Shown here: piece after piece, positions 8,923 through 18,630 of the stretch | Position numbering within the stretch: position 1 is the first letter of the stretch | Layout: each line of letters starts with the position of its first letter | Source: Acidobacteriota bacterium | Lineage (GTDB): Bacteria > Acidobacteriota > UBA6911 > RPQK01 > JAPXNP01 | Assembly: GCA_035514675.1 (NCBI GenBank) | Contig: DATKAT010000035.1 | Location: 1-25,533, forward strand | Length of the DNA stretch: 25,533 nt | Direction of reading: 5' to 3' | The notes under the pieces: model-generated | The model's input: only the letters and a program-made list of their open reading frames with translations | Databases searched by the model: none | Told to the model about the DNA's origin: nothing | Made by a program: the position numbers and the translations under genes

Positions 8923-9627
8923 ATGAAGATAAGAGGCCTGATCATTGCGGGCAGCGTCCTGGCAACCGTCTCTGCCCTGCTGGCGGCCGATTTCTGGGAC
9001 CAGCCATTCCGAGAGTGGAAACGGGACCAGGCGGTCAAGTTGCTGCAGGATTCGCCGTGGGCCAAGCAAGTCGTCCTGTCCGATCAGCGCGGCGGCAGGG
9101 ACACCCGCAACGTGGGCGGCGAGATGGATGTGCATCACGTCTACACCATTCGATTCTTCACCGCCCTTCCCGTTCGCCAAAGCTACGTGCGCCTCGTTCA
9201 AATCGGAAATAATTACGATGAACTGTCGGCCGACGACCAGAAGGCTTTCGACCAAGCCTTTTCCAGAGCGCTTGCGATGGACACTTCCAATGAAATCATC
9301 GTCAGCTTGGAATTCTCATCCAACGAGAGACAAACTGCCATGGACGTCGAAAGGCAGCTCAGGCAGATTACCGCAGATCAGCTGCGTCAAAGCGTCTTCC
9401 TGATCACGGACAGGCACGGCCGCATCGACCTGACCTCCTATTTCCCTCCTTCCCCGGACGGAACCGGGGCGAAATTCGTGTTCCCTAGAGTGATCGACGG
9501 CCAGCCTGCGGTCACTGCGGAGGATCGCGAGGTTAGGTTTGAACTTTCCATGCCCGGGACGGATCACAGAGTTTATGCGACCTGGAGAATCAGGGACATG
9601 CTCTACGGGGGAGAGCTTGCGCTCTAA
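8923..9627 (+). CDS. Exported hypothetical protein (234 aa)
   Basis: Signal-peptide-like N-terminus [21 protein letters not shown], then FWDQPFREW...[10 protein letters not shown]; protein-like composition; no family recognised. Confidence 0.8.
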   Translation: MKIRGLIIAGSVLATVSALLAADFWDQPFREWKRDQAVKLLQDSPWAKQVVLSDQRGGRDTRNVGGEMDVHHVYTIRFFTALPVRQSYVRLVQIGNNYDELSADDQKAFDQAFSRALAMDTSNEIIVSLEFSSNERQTAMDVERQLRQITADQLRQSVFLITDRHGRIDLTSYFPPSPDGTGAKFVFPRVIDGQPAVTAEDREVRFELSMPGTDHRVYATWRIRDMLYGGELAL

Positions 9628-11290
9628 TCGCCTGCTGCCGGGGACCCTGCTTCTGCTGCTGTCGCCGTTTCTGGCGGCGCCTGTCTCGGACCGGGACGAA
9701 GCGCCTTTCACGTTCGTCGACATTCGCGAGACGGCGGGTATTCGATTCTTCCACAATTCCTCGCCGGACAAAAAGTACATTGTCGAATCGATGGCCGGAG
9801 GAGTCGCTCTGTTCGACTATAACAACGACGGCCTGCTGGACATCTACTTTGTCAACTCCCTGACCGTTGACACCGCGAACCGCCCCGAAAGCTCTCGCAG
9901 CCATCTGTACCGTAACAACGGAGACGGGACGTTTACAGACGTCACCGACGAAGCCGGAATCGGATTTCCGGGTTGGGGAATGGGCGTCTGCGTTGGAGAC
10001 TACGACAACGACGGCTGGCTCGACGTCTACGTGACCTGCCTGGGCCCCAACCGCCTGTTCCGGAACAATGGGGACGGGACTTTCACGGAAGTCGGAAAGG
10101 ATCTGGGAGTTGACGACGACCGCTGGTCCTCAGGCTGCGGATTCGCCGACTTCAACGGCACTGGAAGACTGGATCTTTACGTCGCCAACTACGTGGACTT
10201 CAAGCTCGACGATCTGCCGGAGTTCGGCAAGGGCGCCTTCTGCCAGTATCGAGGGATTCCAGTGCAATGCGGGCCCAGAGGGCTTCCCGGCGCCGGCAAC
10301 GCACTGTTTCGCAACGACGGGGACCGCTTCGTCGACGTCTCCACGGAGGCGGGCGTGCACGATCCCGACGGCAATTACGGCCTGGGCGTCATCTGGACTG
10401 ATCTGAATCGCAATGGCTTTCCAGACCTCTTCGTCGCCAACGACGCCCGCCCGAATCTTCTGTTTGAAAACAACGGCGACGGGACCTTCACGGAATTGGG
10501 CTTCATCTCAGGGACCGCCGTCGGCGAAGACGGCAGCGAGCAGGGCTGCATGGGCGTGGCGATCGGGGATTACGACAGAGACGGGGATTTGGACATTTTC
10601 ATCTCCAATTTTTCTGACGAATACAACGTCCTGTACCGCCAAGAGCGCTCCCTCGTTTTCACCGACGTTTCATTTGCCAGTCGAACGGCCGAGTCGAGCT
10701 TTCCGTTTGTCGGCTGGGGCACCGAATTCGTCGATTTCAACAACAACGGCTGGCTGGACCTGTTCGTGGCCAACGGCCATGTCTACCCTCAGGTGGACAA
10801 CGTGAATCTGGGCACCAGCTACGCACAGCGAAAGCTCCTGTATCGCAACAACGGCGACGGCACTTTCACAGAAGCCGCCGCCCGCCACGGGGACGCCCTG
10901 ATGCAACCGAAGGTCAGCCGCGGAGCCGCTTTCGGCGACCTGGACAACGACGGAGACATCGACATCGTCCTCAACGATCTGGACGGCTTTCCCACGATCC
11001 TGCGCAACGACGGCGGGAACCGGAAGAACTGGCTGCGGGTCCGCCTGGAAGGGGACGGGCCGAACCGTTTCGGCCTGGGCGCGTGGGTCACGGTGCAGAC
11101 CGGCGACTTCGTCCAGGTTGCCGAGGTCCGCTCCGGATCCAGCTATCTTTCGCAAAACGACCTGCGACAGCATTTCGGCCTGGGAGACGCAACCATGGTC
11201 GACCGTGTGGAAGTGCGCTGGCCCGACGGGAAGGTCACGGTTCGGGAAAACGTCGAGATCAACCGCGAGCTGATCGTTCAGCCCGACTAA
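9617..11290 (+). CDS. FG-GAP repeat / ASPIC-UnbV (CRTAC1-like) exported beta-propeller protein
   Basis: Seven D(Y/F/L)xxxGxxD repeats (e.g. [27 protein letters not shown]) and C-terminal [22 protein letters not shown]. Start inferred at TTG 9617 (GGGGAG upstream, signal peptide follows). Confidence 0.88.
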   Translation: MRSNRLLPGTLLLLLSPFLAAPVSDRDEAPFTFVDIRETAGIRFFHNSSPDKKYIVESMAGGVALFDYNNDGLLDIYFVNSLTVDTANRPESSRSHLYRNNGDGTFTDVTDEAGIGFPGWGMGVCVGDYDNDGWLDVYVTCLGPNRLFRNNGDGTFTEVGKDLGVDDDRWSSGCGFADFNGTGRLDLYVANYVDFKLDDLPEFGKGAFCQYRGIPVQCGPRGLPGAGNALFRNDGDRFVDVSTEAGVHDPDGNYGLGVIWTDLNRNGFPDLFVANDARPNLLFENNGDGTFTELGFISGTAVGEDGSEQGCMGVAIGDYDRDGDLDIFISNFSDEYNVLYRQERSLVFTDVSFASRTAESSFPFVGWGTEFVDFNNNGWLDLFVANGHVYPQVDNVNLGTSYAQRKLLYRNNGDGTFTEAAARHGDALMQPKVSRGAAFGDLDNDGDIDIVLNDLDGFPTILRNDGGNRKNWLRVRLEGDGPNRFGLGAWVTVQTGDFVQVAEVRSGSSYLSQNDLRQHFGLGDATMVDRVEVRWPDGKVTVRENVEINRELIVQPD

Positions 11291-11295
11291 GCGAT

Positions 11296-12081
11296 ATGGG
11301 ATTCTGGGGGGAGCATTTGCTTACCGAGGGAGAGGAGCGCCGCCTGCATGTCGGCCGGACGGATCTCTGGTGCGCCCTTCGAAGCAAGGAACTGCAGCTG
11401 TTTTGGAAGGATCGCGCCGCCGCCGACGGGAATCCGGATGAAGCGGACCCGGCGGCCCCGGAAGATGCGGCTTGGAGCCGCTGGGCGGTGGAGGCCTCGC
11501 GCGTCGCTCTGCACTTCTCTCCCATTTATCCCGACCGATCTCTGGTAGCCCGTCCTAGCTCTCCCTTTTTCATTCCAGCCGGCGGTTCGGCCCGCATTTA
11601 CGTTCGGACTCCGCTTTTCATTCGGGCGGAGGCTTCCGCCTCGACGAAAACCCTCCGACTGACGGAAATCCCAAGCATGGTGCTCTCCAACACCTGGTTC
11701 GGCAGCTTTGAATCAGGCGAACTCTGCTACTGGTTGACGACCACTGCACGCAGAACCTTACTGGAGGAGCACTTTCAGCCTCACCTGGCGGTTTGTCCGA
11801 TTCAGATCGAAAACGCCTCCTCCTCGGAATTGCACGTCTCGGAACTGTGCTTGAGAGTCGCTCATCTTTCGATCTTTGAGGAAAGCCGCCACTTCTGGTC
11901 CGACGAGGTCCGAATCTCATATCGCGGCGGCGAACAGGCCGGCTCGATCGAGTTTGGAGGGGCGGCCCCGCCGGAAGCGCCGGCCGGCCGACTGGTCTGT
12001 CCGCCGCGCGCACCGCTGCGCAGGACGCTGGCAGCGCGCACTTTCGACACTTTGAGATCCGGGTTCGGGGGAATGGTTTAG
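11296..12081 (+). CDS. Hypothetical protein, probably DUF432-like (261 aa)
   Basis: Start moved to MGFWGEHLL at 11296, 5 nt after the upstream stop. PIYPDRSLVARP, LSNTWFG..GELCY and AVCPIQIEN segments; the family name is from memory. Confidence 0.65.
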   Translation: MGFWGEHLLTEGEERRLHVGRTDLWCALRSKELQLFWKDRAAADGNPDEADPAAPEDAAWSRWAVEASRVALHFSPIYPDRSLVARPSSPFFIPAGGSARIYVRTPLFIRAEASASTKTLRLTEIPSMVLSNTWFGSFESGELCYWLTTTARRTLLEEHFQPHLAVCPIQIENASSSELHVSELCLRVAHLSIFEESRHFWSDEVRISYRGGEQAGSIEFGGAAPPEAPAGRLVCPPRAPLRRTLAARTFDTLRSGFGGMV

Positions 12082-12157
12082 CCCGCATTTTTCACACGGG
12101 TCCGTTGCGAGGCGTTGGAGAGCGATGCGGATGCGAGGCGCGTGAAAAATGCGGGCT
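12079..12157. mobile_element. 78-bp MITE/REP-like element with 16-bp perfect terminal inverted repeats
   Basis: AGCCCGCATTTTTCAC (12080-12095) and GTGAAAAATGCGGGCT (12142-12157); homologous copy at 17308-17372. Confidence 0.65.
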
Positions 12158-12290
12158 GCCGCTCAGGTTCACAGAAACGGGAACGTCTGTGGCGAGCGCC
12201 ACAGCTCGATTTTCCGATCCGACATCCGCTTCAGGGCGCATCGGACGGGACCCGAATAAGATCGAACTCTAAGACAGGAGCAGAAAAACC

Positions 12291-13145
12291 ATGGAATCCG
12301 CGTCATTTCTGGGTTGGAACGTTACGCACCTCATCTCGCCCGAAAACTTGAAGGCCTTCATTCGAATTCTCGTGCTGATTGCCGTCGGAATCCCGCTGGC
12401 GGCCGTCTTGAGCCGCTACCTGAGGGAGCACGTCTCAAAACGCTACACTCGACAAAAGGGGATGGTCGCCGGCAAGCTGCTCCTCTACTCGGGCCTCATC
12501 CTGTTGACCGCCACCGTGATGTACGAATTGGGCTTTTCACTGGCGCCCCTGCTGGGCGCCGCTGGCATCGTCGGCATCGCCCTTGGATTCGCCTCGCAGA
12601 CCAGCGTATCGAACATCATCAGCGGTTTCTTTCTGATCGCCGAACAGCCCTTCGTAGTGGGAGACGTCATCATCATCGGCGACACGCGCGGAACGGTCCT
12701 TTCGATCGACGTCCTCTCGGTCAAGCTGCGCACGCTTCGAAACGAATACGTCCGCATTCCAAATGAAAGCATCATCCGCACGCAGTTGATGAACCTCACG
12801 AAATTTCCCATCCGCCGGTTCGACCTTCCCGTCTCAGTGGCCTACAAGGAAGATCTCGCGCGTGCCCAAAAGATCCTGAAGGAAGTCGCGCACGAGCACC
12901 CCCTGGTCCTGGCTCAGCCCGAGAGCCAGGTCTTTTTCGACCAGTTCGGCTCTTCCTCGATCGATCTCATCCTGGCGCTCTGGACCGCCCGCGAAGATTT
13001 CCTCAGGCTGAAACACTCCATTCCTCTGCAGATAAAGGAGCGCTTCGATCGCGAGGGGATCGAAATTCCCTTCCCGCATCTTTCCATCTATGCCGGGTCG
13101 GCCAGCGGCCCGCTTCCGGTTGCAGTCCAGTCGCAGTCCAAGTAG
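12291..13145 (+). CDS. mscS: Small-conductance mechanosensitive channel, MscS family (284 aa)
   Basis: Three N-terminal hydrophobic segments; GAAGIVGIALGFASQTSVSNIISG; PFVVGDVI; VRIPNE; GIEIPFP; AGGAG SD. Confidence 0.92.
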   Translation: MESASFLGWNVTHLISPENLKAFIRILVLIAVGIPLAAVLSRYLREHVSKRYTRQKGMVAGKLLLYSGLILLTATVMYELGFSLAPLLGAAGIVGIALGFASQTSVSNIISGFFLIAEQPFVVGDVIIIGDTRGTVLSIDVLSVKLRTLRNEYVRIPNESIIRTQLMNLTKFPIRRFDLPVSVAYKEDLARAQKILKEVAHEHPLVLAQPESQVFFDQFGSSSIDLILALWTAREDFLRLKHSIPLQIKERFDREGIEIPFPHLSIYAGSASGPLPVAVQSQSK

Positions 13146-13164
13146 GGCCGGCTTCCAGCCGGTC
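13142..13164 (+). repeat. REP-like unit
   Basis: GTAG+GGCCGGCTTCCAGCCGGTC, with the same GGCTTCCAGCC core as 6037-6055 and 7517-7535. The mscS TAG stop lies inside the GTAG. Confidence 0.7.
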
Positions 13165-13181
13165 GAAGCAGGGACGCTCGC

Positions 13182-14147
13182 TCAATCATGGATTTCCAGC
13201 AGGTCGCCGTCCTCCAGCACATAGTCTCGTTCCACCATCTGGCCGTCGTATTTTCCGGCGGCCCAGATGCGGGCGAAGGCGAAGTTTTCAGCCAGCTCCT
13301 TGTGCACAGCGGCGGCCGCTTCCAGCACGGTGCTGCCTCGCCTCAGTACGAACGGCTTTTGGTCTTCCTCGACTTTCTTGCCGGGCGCTTTGGTGTAAAC
13401 GCGAAGGACGTCGAGCAACTCGAACACCTTTTTTCGAAACCAATCCAAGCGATCGGAATTGTGGGCGGAAAAGGGCGCGGGGTCGATTCGACCGGCGAAC
13501 AGCTCACGCCAGGCCCGAAAGTTCTCCGTCCCCCCGGGAAGATCGGTCTTGTTTCCCAGAACCAGGACCGGAGGCGTTGAATCGATGCGTGCGCTGAGCC
13601 CTCGCTCGTCGAGCAGCGACAGCAGATAGTCGGTTTGATCCAGCAACAGGGGATCCTGCACGTCGAACAGAAGCACGACGACGTCTGACTGCTCCAGCAT
13701 GGCCATTTGCCACGGCTCCAGAATCTCGGGCGCAAGCGGAGGAGTGTCGACCAACTGAATCTGGACGTCTTCGAACTCCATCATGCCGGGCTGGGGAGCC
13801 CGGGTCACAAAAGGGTAGTCGGCGACATCCGGGCGGGCGGAAGTCAAACGGGACAGCAGATCCGACTTTCCGCTATTGGGAGGCCCGGCCAGAACCGCTC
13901 TGCCGGCGCCTTCGCGCTCCACGTAATGAAACGGCCGCTGAGCGGGAGCGGAAGATTTCTTCTCAGCCGCCTGCTTTCGAAATTTGGAAAGCCGACGCTT
14001 CAAGTCGGCCTGCATCTTCTCAGTTCCCTTGTGCTTGGGAATCAGACGCAGCATCTCCTCCAGCGCAGCCAGTTTCTCCTCATGTTTGGAGGCCTTTTTA
14101 AAACGCTCTTCCGCGTCCAGATATTCGGGCGTCAGATTGGCCGGCAC
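13182..14147 (-). CDS. DRG/Obg-family GTPase with C-terminal TGS domain (COG1163-like), 321 aa
   Basis: IPKHKGTE N-terminal motif; G1 GPPNSGKS, G2 YPFVT, G3 DTPP, G4 NKTD; TGS segment RVYTKAPGK..GSTV..VH..ARIW..LEDGD. Confidence 0.88.
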   Translation of the reverse strand: MPANLTPEYLDAEERFKKASKHEEKLAALEEMLRLIPKHKGTEKMQADLKRRLSKFRKQAAEKKSSAPAQRPFHYVEREGAGRAVLAGPPNSGKSDLLSRLTSARPDVADYPFVTRAPQPGMMEFEDVQIQLVDTPPLAPEILEPWQMAMLEQSDVVVLLFDVQDPLLLDQTDYLLSLLDERGLSARIDSTPPVLVLGNKTDLPGGTENFRAWRELFAGRIDPAPFSAHNSDRLDWFRKKVFELLDVLRVYTKAPGKKVEEDQKPFVLRRGSTVLEAAAAVHKELAENFAFARIWAAGKYDGQMVERDYVLEDGDLLEIHD

Positions 14148-14153
14148 AATGAG

Positions 14154-14159
14154 ATTTTA
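14154..14159 (-). promoter_or_regulatory. -10 box of a probable leaderless transcript for the GTPase
   Basis: Minus strand TAAAAT, 6 nt before the GTG start; no SD. Confidence 0.4.
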
Positions 14160-14325
14160 GCCCAGCCGGAAAGGGATTACAGGGGGAACGGCCCCCTCGC
14201 GGCGCGGCGTCCAGAGAAGGTTGAGAAATCACGTATTGAACTCAGGGCCGCTCAAGAACGACGTCGCGCTTTGAGGTAAGCGCCCCCTCCCCATCCCCAA
14301 AACGTGAACCCGCCTTGCATCGCCC

Positions 14326-16077
14326 TCAGCGTCGATTCGACCTTCGTTCGGAGGCCTGGATGAACCGCCGGGCCGGTTCGTAGCCGGAATTCGCGGCCTT
14401 CCACAGCAAGGCCCACCCCTCTTCCCGTCTCTGCTGTCGCAGTCGGGTCATGGCCAGGTGGTAGACGTACTCGATCCTGCCAGTTCGTTCGGCAAGCATT
14501 TCAAACTGGCTGGCGGCTTCTTCCAGGCGTGAAAGCAGGAGCAGCGTCGAAGCCAAATTCAAGCGGGCCCAGTCTTGGCCTGGATCCAGCCCCAGTCCGC
14601 GTCGATATTCCTCCGCCGCTTCGGGCAATCTTCGCAATTGCTGCAGGGCATATGCGCGGCGAAGGCGAACCGAGGCGTTCAAAGGCGCATCCGACAGCAG
14701 AGCTTCGTAAGTGCCCAGCGCGGCTTCCCAGTTCCCGTCGTCCTCCAGCTTGGACGCGAAGTCCAACCTGATTTCTCGTGAGCGGGTCTCGATCGTCGGG
14801 TTCGACGGCTGAACGGCGGCTGCGCTGCGCAGCGTCTCCAAAGCCTCCTCATGGCGGCCGACGGCCTCCAGGCACCGGCTCAGATGCAGCAGAATTCCCG
14901 CCTCCAGAGGCGCCTGATCCGCCGCCTGACGGTACCGGTCCAGAGCCGCGCTCCAGTCCTCTTTCAGCATGTGGTCGTAGGCTTCAATCAGCAGTCGGTT
15001 CAGATCCTGAGGATCGTCCGTCTCAGAAAAGCGGACGGCCGAAAGTTCCCCGCGCGAGGCGCGAATAAACGCCGCGCTGTTTCGCGCGCTCGGCGAATGG
15101 GCGTCCTTCTCCAGCATCTCTTCATAGAGGCGCAGCGCGCGCTCCGACTTCCCCATTCGCTGCAGGAGTCCGGCAAGGTAGAGGGCCCCTGTTTTAAATT
15201 CGGGATTCCCCTGCACCGCTTCCTCCAACAGTTCAATCGCCCGCGTCGGCCGGCCCTCCCCAACGGAGGTCAGCGCATCAATGTAAAGATCAAACGCCTT
15301 CTCCAACCGATCTGCGGTCGCCGCGGCCCGGCCGGCCTCGCTCTCAAGTCCCTGCACCATCAGAACGTCGGCCAGCTTCCGATGAAACAAGGGATTTTCC
15401 GGATCTCTGGACGAAGCCGCCGCCAGCAACTCTTCGGCGTCCGTGATTCGCCCCTGCGCCAACGCCCGGTCGGCCATCCACAACAACGTCTGCGGCCTCT
15501 GCGGATCCGCCCGAAAAGCCTCGCGCAAGTGAACGTCGGCCTCGTCCGACAAGCCGCCGATCCCCAGCAGCAAGCTCAACAGCCGCCGATTGTTCCAGTC
15601 AGCGGGTTCCCGCTCCACAGCCTTTCGCGCGGCGTCCAGCGCTTCCCGGTCCCTGCCCTGCTGGAACAAAGCCGCACCGCGCAGATGGTGCAACTCGGGA
15701 TCGTCCGGGAAATCCAGCAGCGCCCGGTTCAGAAGTTCTTCGGCCGCCGAAGCTTCGCCTTTGCGCAGCTTCACGCGGGCCGACCAGGCATGCAGCGAGG
15801 GATCCGAAGGATACAGCCGCCGCAACCGTTCCAGCCGGCGTTCGGCGTGTCCCAGCCGCCCGAATTGTATATCCAGGACGGCCGCCAGACTCCCCAACGC
15901 GGGATCGTCCGGATAGCCCGATAGTCCCCTCTCTGCAATCTCGAAGGCGCCGGACAGGTCGCCTGCCCGCAGCAGAGTAAGACTCTGAACCTGGAATTCC
16001 GCCAGACTCTGCGCCGAAACCGCAACCGACAGGAGCGCGGCTGCCAAGGGGGTCGATAGAAGGATTCTATAGAACAA
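14326..16077 (-). CDS. Exported tetratricopeptide-repeat protein (583 aa)
   Basis: Signal peptide (AAALLSVAVSAQS) and many TPR-like A/L/G helical repeats; start overlaps the galK stop. Confidence 0.85.
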   Translation of the reverse strand: MFYRILLSTPLAAALLSVAVSAQSLAEFQVQSLTLLRAGDLSGAFEIAERGLSGYPDDPALGSLAAVLDIQFGRLGHAERRLERLRRLYPSDPSLHAWSARVKLRKGEASAAEELLNRALLDFPDDPELHHLRGAALFQQGRDREALDAARKAVEREPADWNNRRLLSLLLGIGGLSDEADVHLREAFRADPQRPQTLLWMADRALAQGRITDAEELLAAASSRDPENPLFHRKLADVLMVQGLESEAGRAAATADRLEKAFDLYIDALTSVGEGRPTRAIELLEEAVQGNPEFKTGALYLAGLLQRMGKSERALRLYEEMLEKDAHSPSARNSAAFIRASRGELSAVRFSETDDPQDLNRLLIEAYDHMLKEDWSAALDRYRQAADQAPLEAGILLHLSRCLEAVGRHEEALETLRSAAAVQPSNPTIETRSREIRLDFASKLEDDGNWEAALGTYEALLSDAPLNASVRLRRAYALQQLRRLPEAAEEYRRGLGLDPGQDWARLNLASTLLLLSRLEEAASQFEMLAERTGRIEYVYHLAMTRLRQQRREEGWALLWKAANSGYEPARRFIQASERRSNRR

Positions 16078-17218
16078 CGGACTTTACTCCATCGGTTGAA
16101 TTCAGAAAGCGCGCCTCAGCCGGCTTTGCGAATGCATGCGCATACCTGCTAGTAATGAATTCCGCGAAATCTTCTTGACCTTCGCTTTTTACCAAATGAA
16201 TCGAAGACCCGCCGAACCCCGCCCCCATGAGACGGCCTCCCAGAACCGCCTCGTGGCTGCTCGCCTCATCCACCAGAAAGTCCAATTCGGGAACGCTGAC
16301 CTCGAAATCGTCGCGCAAACTGCGGTGAGACTCGTACAGCAGCGGCCCCAGCGCACCCACGTCGGCTTCCATCAGCGCCTTCGAAAAAAGGCGCACCCTC
16401 TCGATCTCCGTCACGACGTGGCGGGCCCGCTTCAGCAGTTCGATCGGCAGAATTCCTGCATATTCGGAAAGCTTTTCGAATGTCAGATCGCGCAGAGAGG
16501 AAAGTCCTCGAATGCGATCGTTCACCAGATACAGAGCTTCCTCGCATTCTCTGCGCCGCCGATTGTAGCCTGAACCGGCCAGGCTGCGCGAAACGCCGCT
16601 GTCGACCGCCACAAACGAGATTCCGGAAGGCAGGGGAATCCCCTCGTGCCGTCTCGACCGGCAATCGAGCAGAAGGGCCGATCCTTTTTCGGAAAAGACC
16701 GCCGCATACTGGTCCATGATCCCGCAGCGAACCCCGACAAACAGACGCTCAGCCTGTTGGCAGAGCGTCGCCAGTTCCAAGCCCGACAGCTCCAGACCTG
16801 AATGGAGGCGGCAAGTTTCGGCAAAAGCGACTTCCAGGGCGGCGGAACTGCTGAGGCCCGCCCCGGCGGGAACGTCTCCGTAAATGAAGCAGTCCATTCC
16901 GCACAGCGGAAGCTCCCTCTTCTGGAACTCCCGAATCACTCCCGCCGGATACAGCGCCCAGCCCTCAAAGCCGTTCTGTTGCAAGGGTTCTGAAACCGAT
17001 ATGGAAACGGTCTGAGAGAAAAGCGTCGAATGAATGCGCGCCCGACGATCTTCCCGGGGACGACTCAGCATCCGCCCGTAACGGTCGATGCCGCATGGAA
17101 TCGCCAACCCGTCGTTGTAGTCCACATGCTCGCCGATCAGGTTGATTCTTCCAGGAGCTTCTACCAGATGCGTGGGGCTTGCGCCGAAGATTTCTCGAAA
17201 CTCTCGCGTTGGATGCAT
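16067..17218 (-). CDS. galK: Galactokinase (GHMP family), 383 aa
   Basis: APGRINLIGEHVDYNDG, GAGLSSSAA, CGIMDQ and GAGFGG motifs. Confidence 0.9.
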   Translation of the reverse strand: MHPTREFREIFGASPTHLVEAPGRINLIGEHVDYNDGLAIPCGIDRYGRMLSRPREDRRARIHSTLFSQTVSISVSEPLQQNGFEGWALYPAGVIREFQKRELPLCGMDCFIYGDVPAGAGLSSSAALEVAFAETCRLHSGLELSGLELATLCQQAERLFVGVRCGIMDQYAAVFSEKGSALLLDCRSRRHEGIPLPSGISFVAVDSGVSRSLAGSGYNRRRRECEEALYLVNDRIRGLSSLRDLTFEKLSEYAGILPIELLKRARHVVTEIERVRLFSKALMEADVGALGPLLYESHRSLRDDFEVSVPELDFLVDEASSHEAVLGGRLMGAGFGGSSIHLVKSEGQEDFAEFITSRYAHAFAKPAEARFLNSTDGVKSVVL

Positions 17219-17229
17219 CGCTTCCGCCT

Positions 17230-17257
17230 ATTATATAGGCCAGGCGCCGGCGGTGAA
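17230..17257 (-). promoter_or_regulatory. Putative promoter for galK and the TPR gene
   Basis: Minus strand TTCACC-N16-TATAAT; the perfect -10 box ends 11 nt before the ATG; no clear SD. Confidence 0.45.
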
Positions 17258-17307
17258 CGTTCGAATGGAACGCTCGGCGCCCAGGATGGTCGTGACCGGA
17301 GCGCCGT

Positions 17308-17372
17308 TAACCCGCATTTCTCACACGGCTCCGTCGCGAGGCGTCGGAGTGCGGCGCGGAACCAAGGCGCGT
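17308..17372 (+). repeat. Decayed copy of the 12079-12157 element
   Basis: 17311-17349 matches 12082-12120 at 35 of 39 positions, about 52 of 62 to 17372; right inverted repeat lost. Confidence 0.8.
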
Positions 17373-17452
17373 TACGAAGGCCCGCAAATCAGCGAAACCC
17401 GTCACGCTCGCTCCATCGAACAAGCGACCCGCATTCCGAAAACACCCTCAAA

Positions 17453-18616
17453 TCAGTACAGGAACATCGGTTGCCCCAAAACGCTGGCAAGTTTGGGGTG
17501 GTAGGTTTCCACGTCGTAGAAGGAATCGACGTCGACTCGCTTGACTCCCTGAGCGACGATGTCGAGGTCTTCGTGCCGGTATCGCCCTTCCCGCAGCACC
17601 ACGAGGCGACCGGTCTCTCCAGCCAGGATCAACTCGATGGCCAGATTGCCGAAATTAGTCGATACCATGCGGTCCAAAGAGTCCGGCGCCCCGCTTCGCA
17701 TCAGGTAGCCAAGCTGCTGATAGATGATATTGATTCCCGTCCGACGCTTGATCTCCTCGGCGGTGAATCGACCGATCCCGCCTAACTTGCGATGCCCATA
17801 CGCGTCTTCCGGACCCGTCTCAATGATGTCCCCGCCGATCATGCGCGCACCCTCGGAAATCGTCATCACGGCATAATTGCTGGGGCTCTTCTGCTGATCC
17901 TCTTTCAATAGGCGGCTGAGTTTTTCAGGATCGAAAGGGACTTCGCTGATGATGGCGCGGTCCACTCCCGTCAGATAGGCTGCGATCAGTGAAGTTTCGC
18001 CGGAATTCCTTCCAAAGAGCTCGACGATGCCGATCCTTTCATGAGAGCCGATGGAGGTCCTCAACTGCGTGATGTATTCCACGCTGCGACTCACGGCCGT
18101 CGAAAATCCGATGCAGTAGTCGGTTCCGTGCACGTCATTGTCCATCGTCTTTGGAATCGCAACCACCGGCACGCCCTCCGTGTGCATTCTGTGGCCGTAG
18201 CTCAGCGTATCGTCTCCCCCGATCGGAATCAGGGAATCGATGCCCAGCTTGTCCAGCACGCGGAGGATGTGCGGCGTGAAATCAAATCGATCCTTTCCCG
18301 ATTCCATTTCAGGCCAGCTTTGCAGAAAGTCGGGCACATCCGCCTTCTTGACATTGCTCGGGTTCGTCCGAGAGGTGTGCAGAAATGTTCCCCCGGTCCG
18401 GTCGATGGTTCGGACGGATTCCTTGTTGAGCCGCAGGGTGTTTCGACGGAGGGTCTCTTCGTCGTCAGGATTGGAGTGGAGCAGCCCGCCCCAGCCCCTC
18501 CTGATTCCGACCACCTCATCCCCGCGTTCGGCCGCATGGTAGACGACCGTTTTGATGCAAGGATTCAATCCCGGCACGTCCCCGCCCCCCGTGAGAATTC
18601 CGATTCTTCTTGCCAT
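17453..18616 (-). CDS. pfk: Phosphofructokinase (PfkA family), PPi-dependent signature, 387 aa
   Basis: [37 protein letters not shown] and GYLMRSG motifs. Confidence 0.92.
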   Translation of the reverse strand: MARRIGILTGGGDVPGLNPCIKTVVYHAAERGDEVVGIRRGWGGLLHSNPDDEETLRRNTLRLNKESVRTIDRTGGTFLHTSRTNPSNVKKADVPDFLQSWPEMESGKDRFDFTPHILRVLDKLGIDSLIPIGGDDTLSYGHRMHTEGVPVVAIPKTMDNDVHGTDYCIGFSTAVSRSVEYITQLRTSIGSHERIGIVELFGRNSGETSLIAAYLTGVDRAIISEVPFDPEKLSRLLKEDQQKSPSNYAVMTISEGARMIGGDIIETGPEDAYGHRKLGGIGRFTAEEIKRRTGINIIYQQLGYLMRSGAPDSLDRMVSTNFGNLAIELILAGETGRLVVLREGRYRHEDLDIVAQGVKRVDVDSFYDVETYHPKLASVLGQPMFLY

Positions 18617-18624
18617 AGGCCATC

Positions 18625-18630
18625 ATTGTA
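18625..18630 (-). promoter_or_regulatory. -10 box immediately upstream of pfk
   Basis: Minus strand TACAAT, 8 nt before the ATG; no SD. Confidence 0.4.
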
